Assembly (NCBI GenBank): GCA_965208325.1 | Contig: OZ242326.1 | Coordinates: forward strand, 4,448,001 to 4,512,000 | Reading direction: 5' to 3' | DNA from: Candidatus Poribacteria bacterium | Lineage (GTDB): Bacteria; Poribacteria; WGA-4E; PCPOR2b | Length of the DNA: 64,000 nt | Shown here: positions 19,162-29,471 of the stretch, in pieces | Layout of the letters: each line of letters starts with the position of its first letter | How positions within the stretch are numbered: the stretch's first letter is position 1 | Made by a program: the position numbers and the translations under genes | Notes under the pieces: model-generated | What the model saw: the letters and a program-made list of their open reading frames with translations, nothing else | What the model was told of the DNA's origin: nothing | Database searches by the model: none

Positions 19162-19691
19162 GAGCCAGTTTGAATAATACGTTACAAAGCCATTGTTGGG
19201 CGTTTGAGTTGCTATAACGGGTGGAAATTCTATGGCGCGGGATTTGCTACCGCGTTCGCTATTCATTCGGTTGATGCTATTCGGTTGCATGATTTCACCA
19301 AATGCATTACTCGAGCATTTTGCGGGGCAAGATGCCCCGCCTACGGCGGGTAGAGGAGCCTGCGGGCAAGATGCCCCGCCTACAAGGTGTGGCGGTACAC
19401 GCGGGGCAAGTGAAATCTCAATCGCGCGGGATTTGTAATCGCCTTCGCGATTCGCTTAGTTGAAACTATTTGGTCGCTTGGTTTCACGAAATACGTTACT
19501 CCAGCGTTGTGCGGGGCAAGATGCCCCGCCTACGGCGGGTAAAGGTGCCTGCGGGCAAGATGCCCCGCCTACAAGGTGTGGAGGTATACGCGAGGCAAGT
19601 AAGATCTCCAACGCACTCCTTATTCAGTCGCTTGATTCCCGCCTACGGCGCGAGGTGGTGTCCCATATAATATGAATTTTCAAACAGGTTA
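19162..19691. mobile_element. MITE-like element family B, copy 1, with internal ~189 bp duplication and REP hairpins
   Basis: GAGCCAGTTTGAA...TTCAAACAGGTTA; left portion homologous to 31133-31508. Confidence 0.7.
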
Positions 19692-19744
19692 TGAGCCATC
19701 CGGTTAATTTCGAAGATGTCATTAATTTATAATCAAGACATAAA

Positions 19745-19985
19745 CTAGGGCGTGTTGACATTTGTGTGAATCCCTCCGTAACCGTAGGGGATCAACCGAG
19801 TGAATAGCGAGGGCGATAGTGTTTATCAGGTCGCCCCGCCCACAAATCGACCGCTGGCAGGAGACTCCCAACCATACAGATATGTTTGGGAATAGAGGGT
19901 TGGGTAACCCAACCCCTACGAATCGTCTTGGGCTGCGCACTGCCCCATGATTGTTTAGTTGTGATGAATTATCAACAGAACCTAG
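19745..19985. mobile_element. MITE-like element family A, copy 2
   Basis: CTAG-flanked, GGCGTGTTGACA...TATCAACAGAACC; near-identical to 5189-5431. Confidence 0.75.
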
Positions 19986-20014
19986 AGCGACAGATTTTAA
20001 TGCATCAATCGGAT

Positions 20015-21412
20015 TCACGATTCACTATCATCCGATTCTCCACCGCTTTTGTTCAGCCAACCGTAGGATTCCAGTTTTCGGTAAAGCGTTCGCAAGCCGA
20101 TGCCCAACATTTCAGCCGCACGTTTTTTGTTTCCTGCCGTTTCTGTTAAAGTTTGGGCAATTGCTTCTTTCTCAATTTCGTCCATTGTCATTCCAACCCT
20201 TGCGAAGGAATCATCAGCGGTTGGCTGAGGAAGTGGGGCATTATTCTGAATTTCAGGTGCGAGATCCTTGAGCTCGATAGTATGAGATACCGCCAAGATG
20301 ACGGCAGTTTCTAGGACGTTTCGCAGCTCTCGGATGTTTCCGGGCCAATCCTCGCTTTTTAGATATTCCATGGCTTCATGCGTAACATTGGTGAGCGATT
20401 TGTTATGTTCCTTGCTAAATTCTCTAATAAACGCCGTAACGAGGAGCGGTATGTCTTCACGGCGCTCTCTCAATGGGGGTACGGGCAGGGGGAATCGGTT
20501 GATGCGGTAATAGAGGTCGGCACGAAAAACGCCGTTTTGCACAGCAGTTTCGAGGTCTTTATTTGTTGCTGCAATGACCCGGACGTCAACGCGGAAAGTC
20601 TTATCCCCCCCAAGCCTGGTGAATTCGTGCTCTTCCAACACCCTCAAGAATTTAACCTGTGTTTCAAGTCCCATTTCTCCAATTTCATCAAGGAACAACG
20701 TCCCGCCATCAGCTTGTTCAAATACGCCCCGTTTGGTCGCTGTTGCACCCGTAAAAGCGCCTCGCTCGTGGCCAAAAAGTTCACTTTCGAGAAGTTCGCG
20801 GTGGAGCGCGCCGCAATTGATTGGTTTGTACGAACTGTCTTTCCGAGGGCTGTGATTGTGAATCGCCTTGGCAATAAGCTCCTTACCGACTCCGCTTTCA
20901 CCGGTGATGAGCACCGTCGCCTTTGTCGGCGCAACCTGCCGAATCTTGCGAAATAGGTCGAGCATGTTTTTGGATTTGCCTATGATATTGTCAAACCCGA
21001 ACTTATCATCAAGCTGCTCTCTGAGATTGGCGGCTTGAAGAAAGAGCAGCTGCTTTTCCAGCGCATTTTTCACCGTCTGGCGCAAGGTATTAATCTCTAT
21101 TGGCTTTTTGAGGTAATAAAACGCACCCTCCCTCATGGCTTCGACGGCGCTGTCAATCGTGCCATAGCCGGTTAAGATAATTACCTGAGTGTAAGGGTTA
21201 CTCTCTTGAATATATTTGAGCAGGTCGATACCACTCAAATCCGGCATCTTGAGATCGGTGATTACAACGTTGATATCATCTTTGCCGAGAGTTTTGAGCG
21301 CCTGGCGTCCACCTGACGCTGAATGGAGTTCGTACCCTTCACGTTCTAAGACGTCAATAGTTGTTTCTACGCTTGCCAGATCGTCGTCTACGACAAGGAT
21401 TTTCGGGTTCAT
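20015..21412 (-). CDS. Sigma-54-dependent two-component response regulator (NtrC/AtoC type)
   Basis: Receiver domain, GESGVGKE, GAFTGA, LFLDEIG, WPGNIREL, Fis HTH. Confidence 0.95.
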   Translation of the reverse strand: MNPKILVVDDDLASVETTIDVLEREGYELHSASGGRQALKTLGKDDINVVITDLKMPDLSGIDLLKYIQESNPYTQVIILTGYGTIDSAVEAMREGAFYYLKKPIEINTLRQTVKNALEKQLLFLQAANLREQLDDKFGFDNIIGKSKNMLDLFRKIRQVAPTKATVLITGESGVGKELIAKAIHNHSPRKDSSYKPINCGALHRELLESELFGHERGAFTGATATKRGVFEQADGGTLFLDEIGEMGLETQVKFLRVLEEHEFTRLGGDKTFRVDVRVIAATNKDLETAVQNGVFRADLYYRINRFPLPVPPLRERREDIPLLVTAFIREFSKEHNKSLTNVTHEAMEYLKSEDWPGNIRELRNVLETAVILAVSHTIELKDLAPEIQNNAPLPQPTADDSFARVGMTMDEIEKEAIAQTLTETAGNKKRAAEMLGIGLRTLYRKLESYGWLNKSGGESDDSES

Positions 21413-21426
21413 TGTAGCACCGATGG

Positions 21427-21579
21427 GAGTGAAGAGTGATGAGTAATGAGTAATGAGTAAGGCGTAAAGAGTGAAGAGTGAAGAGTGAAGAGTAATGAGT
21501 AAAGCGTAATGAGTAAAGCGTAATGAGTAAAGCGTAATGAGTAATGCGTAATGAGTAAAGAGTAAAGCGTAAGGGGTGA
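21427..21579. repeat. Degenerate heptamer tandem repeat (GAGTAAT/GAGTGAA/GCGTAAT), ~22 units
   Basis: Fills almost the whole gap between the kinase and regulator genes. Confidence 0.95.
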
Positions 21580-21583
21580 CGGC

Positions 21584-22366
21584 TTATTTTGCCGGTAATA
21601 GGATTGAAAATGTTGTGTTCTTATTGGCTTCGCACCTTACTTTTACGCTGCCGCCGTGGTTTTCGATGATTTGTTTGACAATGGCTAGGCCGACCCCTGT
21701 CCCATCTTCTTTGGTTGAAACGAACAGGTCGAACACCTTGCCGCTAATAGCCGCATCAATACCCTTGCCAGTATCTTCCACTTCGATTTGGATCTGCCCG
21801 TTCAGCGCTTTTGCGCGCACGATTAGTTTTCCGCCGCCATCCATCGCCTGATGGGCGTTAATCACCAAATTCAGCAGTGCTTGTTTGAACTGTGCGCGAT
21901 CGAGTTGGACAAGAGGAAGTTCCCGGATTTCACGGATGACCTGGATGTTTTGTCTTTGCGCTTCTGGTTCGTTAAAATCCAGCACTTCCTCAATTAGCAT
22001 AGCCAGGTTCACGGCTTCAAGCGTTAAGGGAGGCAGTCGAGAGTAACGGCCAAAATCGGTCAATATCCGGTCTAAATGTTTAACCTCATCTCGAATTCGG
22101 CGAATACGCTTTTGTAAACCGCTCGGAACGCTTTGCGAATCGGAAAAATCTTCCTCTAGGAGTTGAAGGTTCAAGTTCATACTGTTCAGTGGATTCCTTA
22201 ACTCATGGACCAATTCTCGCGCCAGCGCGTGCATGTGTTCACTGTTTTTGCCGTTCGCTGTTTTGCCGCTATGAATGGACTTTCTACCCCGAACGGCAGC
22301 GATGACGAAACAAACGATGAAGACTAGAATGAACCCGCTCAGAATTACCCACCAGAAGCTATTCAT
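21584..22366 (-). CDS. Sensor histidine kinase with single N-terminal TM
   Basis: HELRNPL H-box, NLVINA, DTGKG, GTGVGL. Confidence 0.92.
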   Translation of the reverse strand: MNSFWWVILSGFILVFIVCFVIAAVRGRKSIHSGKTANGKNSEHMHALARELVHELRNPLNSMNLNLQLLEEDFSDSQSVPSGLQKRIRRIRDEVKHLDRILTDFGRYSRLPPLTLEAVNLAMLIEEVLDFNEPEAQRQNIQVIREIRELPLVQLDRAQFKQALLNLVINAHQAMDGGGKLIVRAKALNGQIQIEVEDTGKGIDAAISGKVFDLFVSTKEDGTGVGLAIVKQIIENHGGSVKVRCEANKNTTFSILLPAK

Positions 22367-22584
22367 CGAATTTTATAGGATTCCCCCAAAAAGGAAAGCC
22401 GGCATTCGCGGAATCTGCCACCTATTCCCATGAAATCTGATGCTATTTCACTCACCGGAGGCCTTGTGTCAAAGATACCCGTTTGAACTTTGGGGATGAA
22501 TCGTGGAATCGGGGCAAGTCGGTTGTCAAGCCGATAAGGGCAAAGTTGGAAGGGTCTAATGAGAAGAATGTCAAGCAACAGAGA

Positions 22585-23763
22585 TTATGCTGCCTGTCTT
22601 TGATTTCTTACATGCCACGCATGTAAAATCGGACTCGCGACAAAAATTGATGAATAAGTACCAACAAGGACCCCGACAATCAGGGCGAATGCAAACGTAT
22701 TGATTTCCTCACCAGGACTTGATAGGGTAAAAATTGTAAGAACGACGAAGAACGTCGTCAATGAGGTAATAATGGTACGGCTCAAGGATTGGTTAATGCT
22801 CTGGTTGATAATATCAACGTAGTCCACGCCTTTAAACAGGTTCGTGTTCTCACGGATGCGATCAAAGACGACGATTGTATCATTAAGAGAGTAACCGATG
22901 ATTGTCAGAAATGCCGCCACCGTCGGCAAATTTATTTCTTTCACCAACAAGGAAAAGATTCCCAATGTAATCAACACATCGTGGATGAGCGCCGCAATTG
23001 CGCCGACAGCAAATCGAAATTCGAACCGCCATGAGATGTACAAAAGGAGAATTACAATCGACCATAATATGGACCACAAAGCCGCCCATTTGAGATCTTT
23101 GCCGACGCTCGGCCCCACCTCAGAGACGTTCACACCTTGCGGCAGGGCGTGCCAATCGGAATCTCCCCGCAACAAAGCATCCGAAAGTGTGCGTCCGGCG
23201 CTTGATTGCATCTGCACAATAGCACCCGAGGTAAAATCAACACCAGCCGGTTTTACGAGTTCAAACGTTATCATACCATCTTGTTCTACAATTTCACCGA
23301 TTTCATTTCTCGAACGCTCATCACCCTCCACGATTTGTATTACATCGCCGGGTTGAAAAAGATGAACGTATTCCTCAGCAGGGCGGATTGGCAGGCTTGC
23401 GGCTGTAGCATCGCCAGGATCTGAAGCCAAACCTGCACTAATCTTTTGATTTTCAAACTCCGGCTGGTATCTAATATCTATTGAAGCCTCCTGTTTGGCA
23501 GGATCCTCCTGAATTTTGGGACGGTCGTAGCCGAGTTGCGCGAGTTTAGATTTGAGTTCTTTCTCCGTAACCGGGCGGTTAAACTTCGCACGAATCTTGA
23601 CACCACCGCGGAAATCAATTCCAAAATTGGGGCCGCTGTGGATGCCAAGCGATATCAATCCGACAATTATGAGGACTGCGGACAAAAAGAATCCCAACTT
23701 CCTTTTTCCGAGAAAATTGATATTTGTATTTCTGATTAATTCCAACCCATTGTCTCCTTGCAA
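22585..23763 (-). CDS. secF: Protein translocase subunit SecF
   Basis: GIDFRGG, VGPSVG, IHD, GYSLNDTIVVFDRIRE. Confidence 0.96.
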   Translation of the reverse strand: MQGDNGLELIRNTNINFLGKRKLGFFLSAVLIIVGLISLGIHSGPNFGIDFRGGVKIRAKFNRPVTEKELKSKLAQLGYDRPKIQEDPAKQEASIDIRYQPEFENQKISAGLASDPGDATAASLPIRPAEEYVHLFQPGDVIQIVEGDERSRNEIGEIVEQDGMITFELVKPAGVDFTSGAIVQMQSSAGRTLSDALLRGDSDWHALPQGVNVSEVGPSVGKDLKWAALWSILWSIVILLLYISWRFEFRFAVGAIAALIHDVLITLGIFSLLVKEINLPTVAAFLTIIGYSLNDTIVVFDRIRENTNLFKGVDYVDIINQSINQSLSRTIITSLTTFFVVLTIFTLSSPGEEINTFAFALIVGVLVGTYSSIFVASPILHAWHVRNQRQAA

Positions 23764-23817
23764 ATTTGGCGTCAGGTGTTAAGGTATAATTTGTGAAAGG
23801 CGGTTCGATGCAAAAGC

Positions 23818-25785
23818 TCAAATGCTCAATTTCTTAACATCGCGGCGCCCGATGGTCCAACCGTACATTTCACGTGTTACGATAATAGCCGTAAACATAC
23901 TCGCGAGGATTCCAATCCCTAACGTGACCGCAAATCCCCGGATTGGGCCTGTTCCAAAATGGTACAGCACCAGCGCGACAGCCAACGTGGTAACATTTGC
24001 GTCGAGAATTGTCCAAAACGCCCGCTGGTATCCGCTCACAACTGCAGACCACACGGTTTTGCCGGTACGCAGCTCCTCCCGGATGCGTTCAAATATGAGC
24101 ACATTAGCGTCAACAGCTATACCGATTGTCAGGACAAGGCCGGCAAGCCCGGGCAGTGTTAAAGCCGCACCGAATCCCGCAAGCGCACCCAAAATGACTA
24201 TCATGTTAAACACAAGTGCGACAATTGCAATTAAACCTGACAGTTTATAGTAAATCACCATGAAGACAAGGACGCATGCCATACCGATGACTGCGGCTTT
24301 AATCCCGTTTTCAATGGCTTCCCTGCCGAGCGTTGGCCCCACTGTGCGTTCTTCGGCAATTTTTACACCAGTTGGAAAGGCTCCGGCTTTGAGGATATTC
24401 GCCAAGTAATTCGCTTCCTCAAAAGTAAAATTCCCTTGAATCTGTGCTCCGCCCACAATTTTGTCCTTAATGACCGGCGCAGATTGAATTTTTCCGTCAA
24501 GCAGGATAGCTAGATGTTCACCGATATGTTCCCCAGTAATTTCAGCGAATCTGCGTCGACCTTGGGAATCGAAATTCATAGACACCACAATATCAAATTG
24601 TGTTTGCCCTGGCGACGGGTCAGCACTGGTGATTCTATCTCCGGTCAGCAATATTGGACGTTCTAAAACATACCAGTCCCCCGTCTCGTAGTGGTATCGA
24701 ATTTCGGTGTTTTCAGGGAGATTGTCCGGCGGCGGGATATGCGGCGGACCTGACCAAAAGTTGCCGCCGGCCGGATTCTTCTCGACCAGTTTGAATTCTA
24801 AGCGTCCCATGGTTTTTACGATCCGCAGGGGTCGGGAGGAATCTTTTGCGCCGGGCAATTCAACAATTATTCGCGGCCGGTTGGCCTCCGGCCGGATGGA
24901 GGGTTCCGCGACGCCGAACGCATCAACACGGTTTCGCAAGACGATTAATACCTGTTCGATAGCTTGTTCACTGTACTTTTCGATGCCGGAATCACTTAGG
25001 TAAATTCGATAAATGCCCTGCGTTTCGGTTTGGGAAACTTCGATCGCGTCATCGAAAAACTCTTCTTCGTTAAGTATCGTCTCTACCGTTTCCAAATATT
25101 CTTGCTTTTGACTCACGTCCGATCTGTATCTAGATGGAATCCCAATAATCACTTCCAACCCCTTTGGTCCCTCCTCCTGCTCCACTACCTTTAAATCCTC
25201 ACTTCTGCATAAGATGTTTTTGTCGCGCTCTCGCATGCGCTCAGGGATCGAGGTGATGCGTTCTCTGAGCAGTTCGTTTTTCGATTCTTCCAGATCGACT
25301 TCGAGAACGAGGTGGACACCGCCTTTCAGGTCCAACCCGAGTTTTAGGCGATTGTCCGGTATCAGACGACGCACGATTGTCGGGATGCGGCCGTAAAGGT
25401 GTAGATTCTCCAAAATCGAAGCCAGTTCTGTTTCGCTCTTTTCGTCGGTGAATCTGACCAAAAACTCGCGATTACCCGTGGTATCAAATTCATATCCAGC
25501 ACCCTCCTCAAAGCCTTGATTGCCCAACTGTGCCCGCAATATATCCGAAAGTTCAGTCACGGCATCGTTGAAATTGATTCCTTCAGGGTATTGAATATCT
25601 TGCAGATTAACTTTTAACGCACCATCTTCGGTTGCTTCAAAGTCGGGGAATTTCTCTTGCATCCAGAGGGAAAGATTTCCGTATAGCGGGTTGTAAAGGG
25701 AATTTGGGGTGGGAATAAGATACAACGCTGAAAACACAAATACAGCAATTATTAAAACGAGCTTCCATACATTAAACCTGTACAT
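23818..25785 (-). CDS. secD: Protein translocase subunit SecD
   Basis: LGLDLKGG, LRNRVD.FGVAEP, VGPTLG, AVDANVLIFERIREE. Confidence 0.96.
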   Translation of the reverse strand: MYRFNVWKLVLIIAVFVFSALYLIPTPNSLYNPLYGNLSLWMQEKFPDFEATEDGALKVNLQDIQYPEGINFNDAVTELSDILRAQLGNQGFEEGAGYEFDTTGNREFLVRFTDEKSETELASILENLHLYGRIPTIVRRLIPDNRLKLGLDLKGGVHLVLEVDLEESKNELLRERITSIPERMRERDKNILCRSEDLKVVEQEEGPKGLEVIIGIPSRYRSDVSQKQEYLETVETILNEEEFFDDAIEVSQTETQGIYRIYLSDSGIEKYSEQAIEQVLIVLRNRVDAFGVAEPSIRPEANRPRIIVELPGAKDSSRPLRIVKTMGRLEFKLVEKNPAGGNFWSGPPHIPPPDNLPENTEIRYHYETGDWYVLERPILLTGDRITSADPSPGQTQFDIVVSMNFDSQGRRRFAEITGEHIGEHLAILLDGKIQSAPVIKDKIVGGAQIQGNFTFEEANYLANILKAGAFPTGVKIAEERTVGPTLGREAIENGIKAAVIGMACVLVFMVIYYKLSGLIAIVALVFNMIVILGALAGFGAALTLPGLAGLVLTIGIAVDANVLIFERIREELRTGKTVWSAVVSGYQRAFWTILDANVTTLAVALVLYHFGTGPIRGFAVTLGIGILASMFTAIIVTREMYGWTIGRRDVKKLSI

Positions 25786-25806
25786 CCATTTCTCCTAGAC
25801 TAAAGA

Positions 25807-25882
25807 TGGTGCGCCTGGGAGGATTCGAACCCCCGACACGAGGCTTAGGAAGCCTCTGCTCTATCCCCTGAGCTACAGGCGC
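25807..25882 (-). tRNA. tRNA-Arg (anticodon CCT), CCA encoded
   Basis: 76 nt cloverleaf GCGCCTG...GAGGC-TTCCTAA-GCCTC...TTCGAAT...CAGGCGCACCA. Confidence 0.97.
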
Positions 25883-25942
25883 GGACTTGCTGCGTCGCCC
25901 ACAAAAAATCCATTTAAGCGTATAAGTATAGCATATCGGATG

Positions 25943-26458
25943 TTAAAATTCAATTAGAGAAAAAATATCGTAATCTGAGAATTTCTCACGCCCTTTTAGA
26001 AAGGTAAGTTCAATTAACACGGGAATCCCAATTACGCGCCCCTCCAGTTTTTCAACGAGTTCAATGGAAGCTGATATTGTGCCGCCCGTTGCAATAACGT
26101 CATCACAAATCAACACACGGCTCCCTGCCGGAAAGGCATCTTGGTGAATAGTCAGTGTATCGGTGCCGTACTCTAAGTCGTAATCAGCCTCGAAGGTATC
26201 AAAGGGTAGTTTGCCCTTCTTGCGGATGGGGACGAAACTGACGCCCAATTGAAATGCTAATGCGCCGCCGAGAATAAATCCACGAGCGTCAATACCAACA
26301 ACAACGTCCACGCCGGCCGGTTGGTAATTAGAAGCCATCGCATGAATTGCATCACGAAAGGCGGCATTGTTTTTAAGCAGCGGCGTGATATCTTTGAAGA
26401 CTATACCCGGTTCGGGGAAATCGGGAATGTCGCGAATAAACTTAGTAAAATCGGTCAT
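25943..26458 (-). CDS. apt: Adenine phosphoribosyltransferase
   Basis: PDFP.PGIVFKDITPL, RKKGKLP, DDVIATGGT. Confidence 0.96.
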   Translation of the reverse strand: MTDFTKFIRDIPDFPEPGIVFKDITPLLKNNAAFRDAIHAMASNYQPAGVDVVVGIDARGFILGGALAFQLGVSFVPIRKKGKLPFDTFEADYDLEYGTDTLTIHQDAFPAGSRVLICDDVIATGGTISASIELVEKLEGRVIGIPVLIELTFLKGREKFSDYDIFSLIEF

Positions 26459-26523
26459 AAAATTACTCCAATAAAGATGCGCGGCGATGCGAATGGAGAT
26501 GGGGCGTTGTTCATTTTAGGCAA

Positions 26524-27363
26524 TTACTGAAAAGCTTTGTGGGATTGTTGGACGATGTGTGCGATGTCTTCACGTGCGTCGGATGGGTGCTCTTCGAAAT
26601 TCCGATTCATATGAATAAAGTATTCGATGTTACCCGCGGGACCTTGAATTGGCGAATAGGTGAGACCGATAACGGACCAATTTATATCTTGCGCATATTG
26701 GGTAATCTCCTGCAGCACCTGTTCATGGATACGGGGATGGCGCACAACACCTCCCTTGCCCACATGTTTGCGTCCTGCTTCGAACTGCGGTTTTACCAGT
26801 GCAATAATATCCCCCGCGGGTTCAACAATCTGGCTAACAACCGGCAACACTTTCCGGAGTGAAATAAACGCTACATCTATGACACAGATTTCAACGGGTT
26901 GATCGAATAGATTCAGGTCTATGGTACGAATGTTGGTTCGCTCAATTGGACGCACGCGTGGATCTGTACGAAGACGCCACGCCAGTTCGCCGTAACCCAC
27001 ATCTACGGCATACACAAACTTTGCTCCATGTTGAAGCAGACAGTCCGTAAAACCGCCGGTTGATGCTCCGACATCAACGGCTATTTTGTCATGCACATTT
27101 GCCCGGAAAACCTGCAAGGCTTTTTCCAACTTTAACCCGCCCCGACTCACGTACCGCAACTTGCGTTTGACATCAATGGTCGCTCCGACGGGTATAAGGC
27201 GTCCCGGTTTGTGCTGCGGTTCACCTTGGACGAGCACTTGTCCTGCAAGTATTAGCTGTTTTGCCCGCGCCCTACTTTCGGCTAACCCACGCTCAACAAC
27301 CGACATATCAAGGCGCTTTTTTCGAGAACTCAAGATTGTTGAAGATTGGGGCGTATCTACCAT
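26524..27363 (-). CDS. tlyA: TlyA family RNA methyltransferase
   Basis: S4 domain, YVSRGGLKL, GASTGGFTDCLLQ, KPQFEAG, GNIEY. Confidence 0.95.
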   Translation of the reverse strand: MVDTPQSSTILSSRKKRLDMSVVERGLAESRARAKQLILAGQVLVQGEPQHKPGRLIPVGATIDVKRKLRYVSRGGLKLEKALQVFRANVHDKIAVDVGASTGGFTDCLLQHGAKFVYAVDVGYGELAWRLRTDPRVRPIERTNIRTIDLNLFDQPVEICVIDVAFISLRKVLPVVSQIVEPAGDIIALVKPQFEAGRKHVGKGGVVRHPRIHEQVLQEITQYAQDINWSVIGLTYSPIQGPAGNIEYFIHMNRNFEEHPSDAREDIAHIVQQSHKAFQ

Positions 27364-27512
27364 CCGACCCGCTCCTGAAGGTAACAGCTATGGTCATTCG
27401 CCGAAATGCAAGTGGATCATGGTGCACCGCGGCTTTGAGGTCTTGGACGTGTATGGTTCGACGCGCGCCCGCATTTCTACGGCAATGCAGGAAACCCGGC
27501 GCAATGCTTGTT

Positions 27513-29372
27513 CTACGGGGCTTTGACAAGTTTCGACCCTTCGCGGACGATTGCATCCGCATCGCAGCCACAGAGGTGATATAGCGCGTTCACATCGCCG
27601 TGATCAATGAACTGATCTGGAATCCCTAGACGCTTTACCTGAATATCTGTTAAAGCGTTGTCTGCAAACATTTCCAATATGGCACTCCCGAACCCGCCCA
27701 CCAGCACACCGTCCTCCACCGTGATGACCTTTCCGATTCGCTCGGCTAACGGCAAGATTAGTTCGTCGTCCAGAGGCCTGACGAATCGGGCGTTTACGAC
27801 CGCCGCGGATATTCCCGCGTCCTCCATTGCATCAGCGGCTTCCAAAGCCGGATGGACGCGATTGCCAATTGCGAGAATGAGTAGATTGTCCCCGTTACGA
27901 AGGATTTCCCCTTTGCCAATCGGGATGGGCTGCGGCTGGTCAGCCATTGGTACGCCTACCCCCGTTCCACGCGGATAGCGCAATGCAATGGGGCCTTTTT
28001 CATATTCGACCGCAGTTTTGACCATGTGCTGCAACTCGTCCTCATTTTTCGGTGCCATGACCACCATATTGGGAAGGTGGCGGAGATATGCGAAGTCAAA
28101 AACGCCGTGGTGGGTCGGGCCGTCGGCACCGACAAGCCCGGCGCGGTCCAGAACGAAAATAACGGGTAGATTCTGCACGCAAACATCGTGCACAACCTGG
28201 TCATAGCCTCGCTGCAGGAACGTTGAGTAGATAGCCACGATTGGTTTTACATCTTGGGTTGCTAATCCCGCGGCGAAGGTAACAGCGCACTGTTCAGCCA
28301 ATCCAACATCGAAGAAACGCTTCGGAAAGACTTCCTGAAATTCTACCAGACCGGTACCGGTTGGCATTGCTGCGGTTATACCCACAATTCTCGAATCGTT
28401 ACTAGCGAGTTTTATTAGCGTATTGCTGAAAACATCGGTATATTTCGGGTGCAAAGATTTCGAGCCTAACGACTTTCCGGTTTCGAGATCAAACTTGCCG
28501 CTGACGCTATAGAAAGAGACCGGATCGGCCTCGGCGGGACGATAACCCTTGCCCTTTTTAGTGAGCGCATGGACGAAAATCGGCTCTTGCATATCCTTGA
28601 CACGCTCAAGCATTTCTAGCAAAGATTCGAGATTATGACCGTCGATGGGCCCGAAATAGCGGAATCCGAATTCCTCGAATAGCGTGCCGGGTTTGAGCGC
28701 TGCCTCGATTTTGCTGGCGACCTGTTTGGCTTCCGGCGAGATGAGATTGATGAGTTCCTTTGCTCTTTCGCGAAACACGTTGTAGGTCGGACTTGCCACG
28801 ATACGATTGAAATATTTCGAAAACGCCCCCACAGTCTCGGAAATCGACATTTGATTATCATTGAGTACGACGATGATGTCTTTTTTGAAATCTCCAATCG
28901 CATTTAGCCCTTCAAACGCCAAACCGCCTGTCAGCCCTCCATCTCCGACAACCGCAACCACCTTGTAATCTTCATTGTTGACTTCACGCGCTGTAGCGAC
29001 ACCTAACGCCGCTGCAAGCGACGTGCTGGAATGCCCGGCGCCAAAGACATCGTATTCACTTTCGGCACGGCTGAGGAAGCCGCTAATGCCGCCATACTGG
29101 CGAAGCGTGGGGAACCGATCGCGGCGTCCGGTCAACAGCTTGTGGGGATAGGCTTGGTGTCCTATATCCCAAATTACTTTATCGTGCGGCGTGTTGAAGA
29201 CATAGTGCAGCGCGATTGCAAGCTCAATGGTTCCAAAATTTGGCGCAAAATGCCCCGGATGTTCCGACAGAACCGACAGAAGATATTCGCGCATGTCTTC
29301 GGCTAGCTCTTTCAGTTCATGAAGATTTAGGGATTTCAAATCGGCCGGACTATCAATACTTCGTAACCGCAT
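27513..29372 (-). CDS. dxs: 1-deoxy-D-xylulose-5-phosphate synthase
   Basis: WDIGHQAYPHK, GDG..LNDN, YSTFLQR, DRAGLVGADGPTH. Confidence 0.97.
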   Translation of the reverse strand: MRLRSIDSPADLKSLNLHELKELAEDMREYLLSVLSEHPGHFAPNFGTIELAIALHYVFNTPHDKVIWDIGHQAYPHKLLTGRRDRFPTLRQYGGISGFLSRAESEYDVFGAGHSSTSLAAALGVATAREVNNEDYKVVAVVGDGGLTGGLAFEGLNAIGDFKKDIIVVLNDNQMSISETVGAFSKYFNRIVASPTYNVFRERAKELINLISPEAKQVASKIEAALKPGTLFEEFGFRYFGPIDGHNLESLLEMLERVKDMQEPIFVHALTKKGKGYRPAEADPVSFYSVSGKFDLETGKSLGSKSLHPKYTDVFSNTLIKLASNDSRIVGITAAMPTGTGLVEFQEVFPKRFFDVGLAEQCAVTFAAGLATQDVKPIVAIYSTFLQRGYDQVVHDVCVQNLPVIFVLDRAGLVGADGPTHHGVFDFAYLRHLPNMVVMAPKNEDELQHMVKTAVEYEKGPIALRYPRGTGVGVPMADQPQPIPIGKGEILRNGDNLLILAIGNRVHPALEAADAMEDAGISAAVVNARFVRPLDDELILPLAERIGKVITVEDGVLVGGFGSAILEMFADNALTDIQVKRLGIPDQFIDHGDVNALYHLCGCDADAIVREGSKLVKAP

Positions 29373-29471
29373 CGCTCAACTCCTTGTAGATTTGGCGAAC
29401 CGATGATATACCTTCTCTGAATTTCCTAAATGCGGAACGGCGCTTTCCCATAAATAAAAAAGCCTTTGACT

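Noticed and set aside
25807..25882. tRNA as prophage or island attachment site
   Set aside because: No duplicated tRNA 3' end or integrase seen; flanked by housekeeping genes
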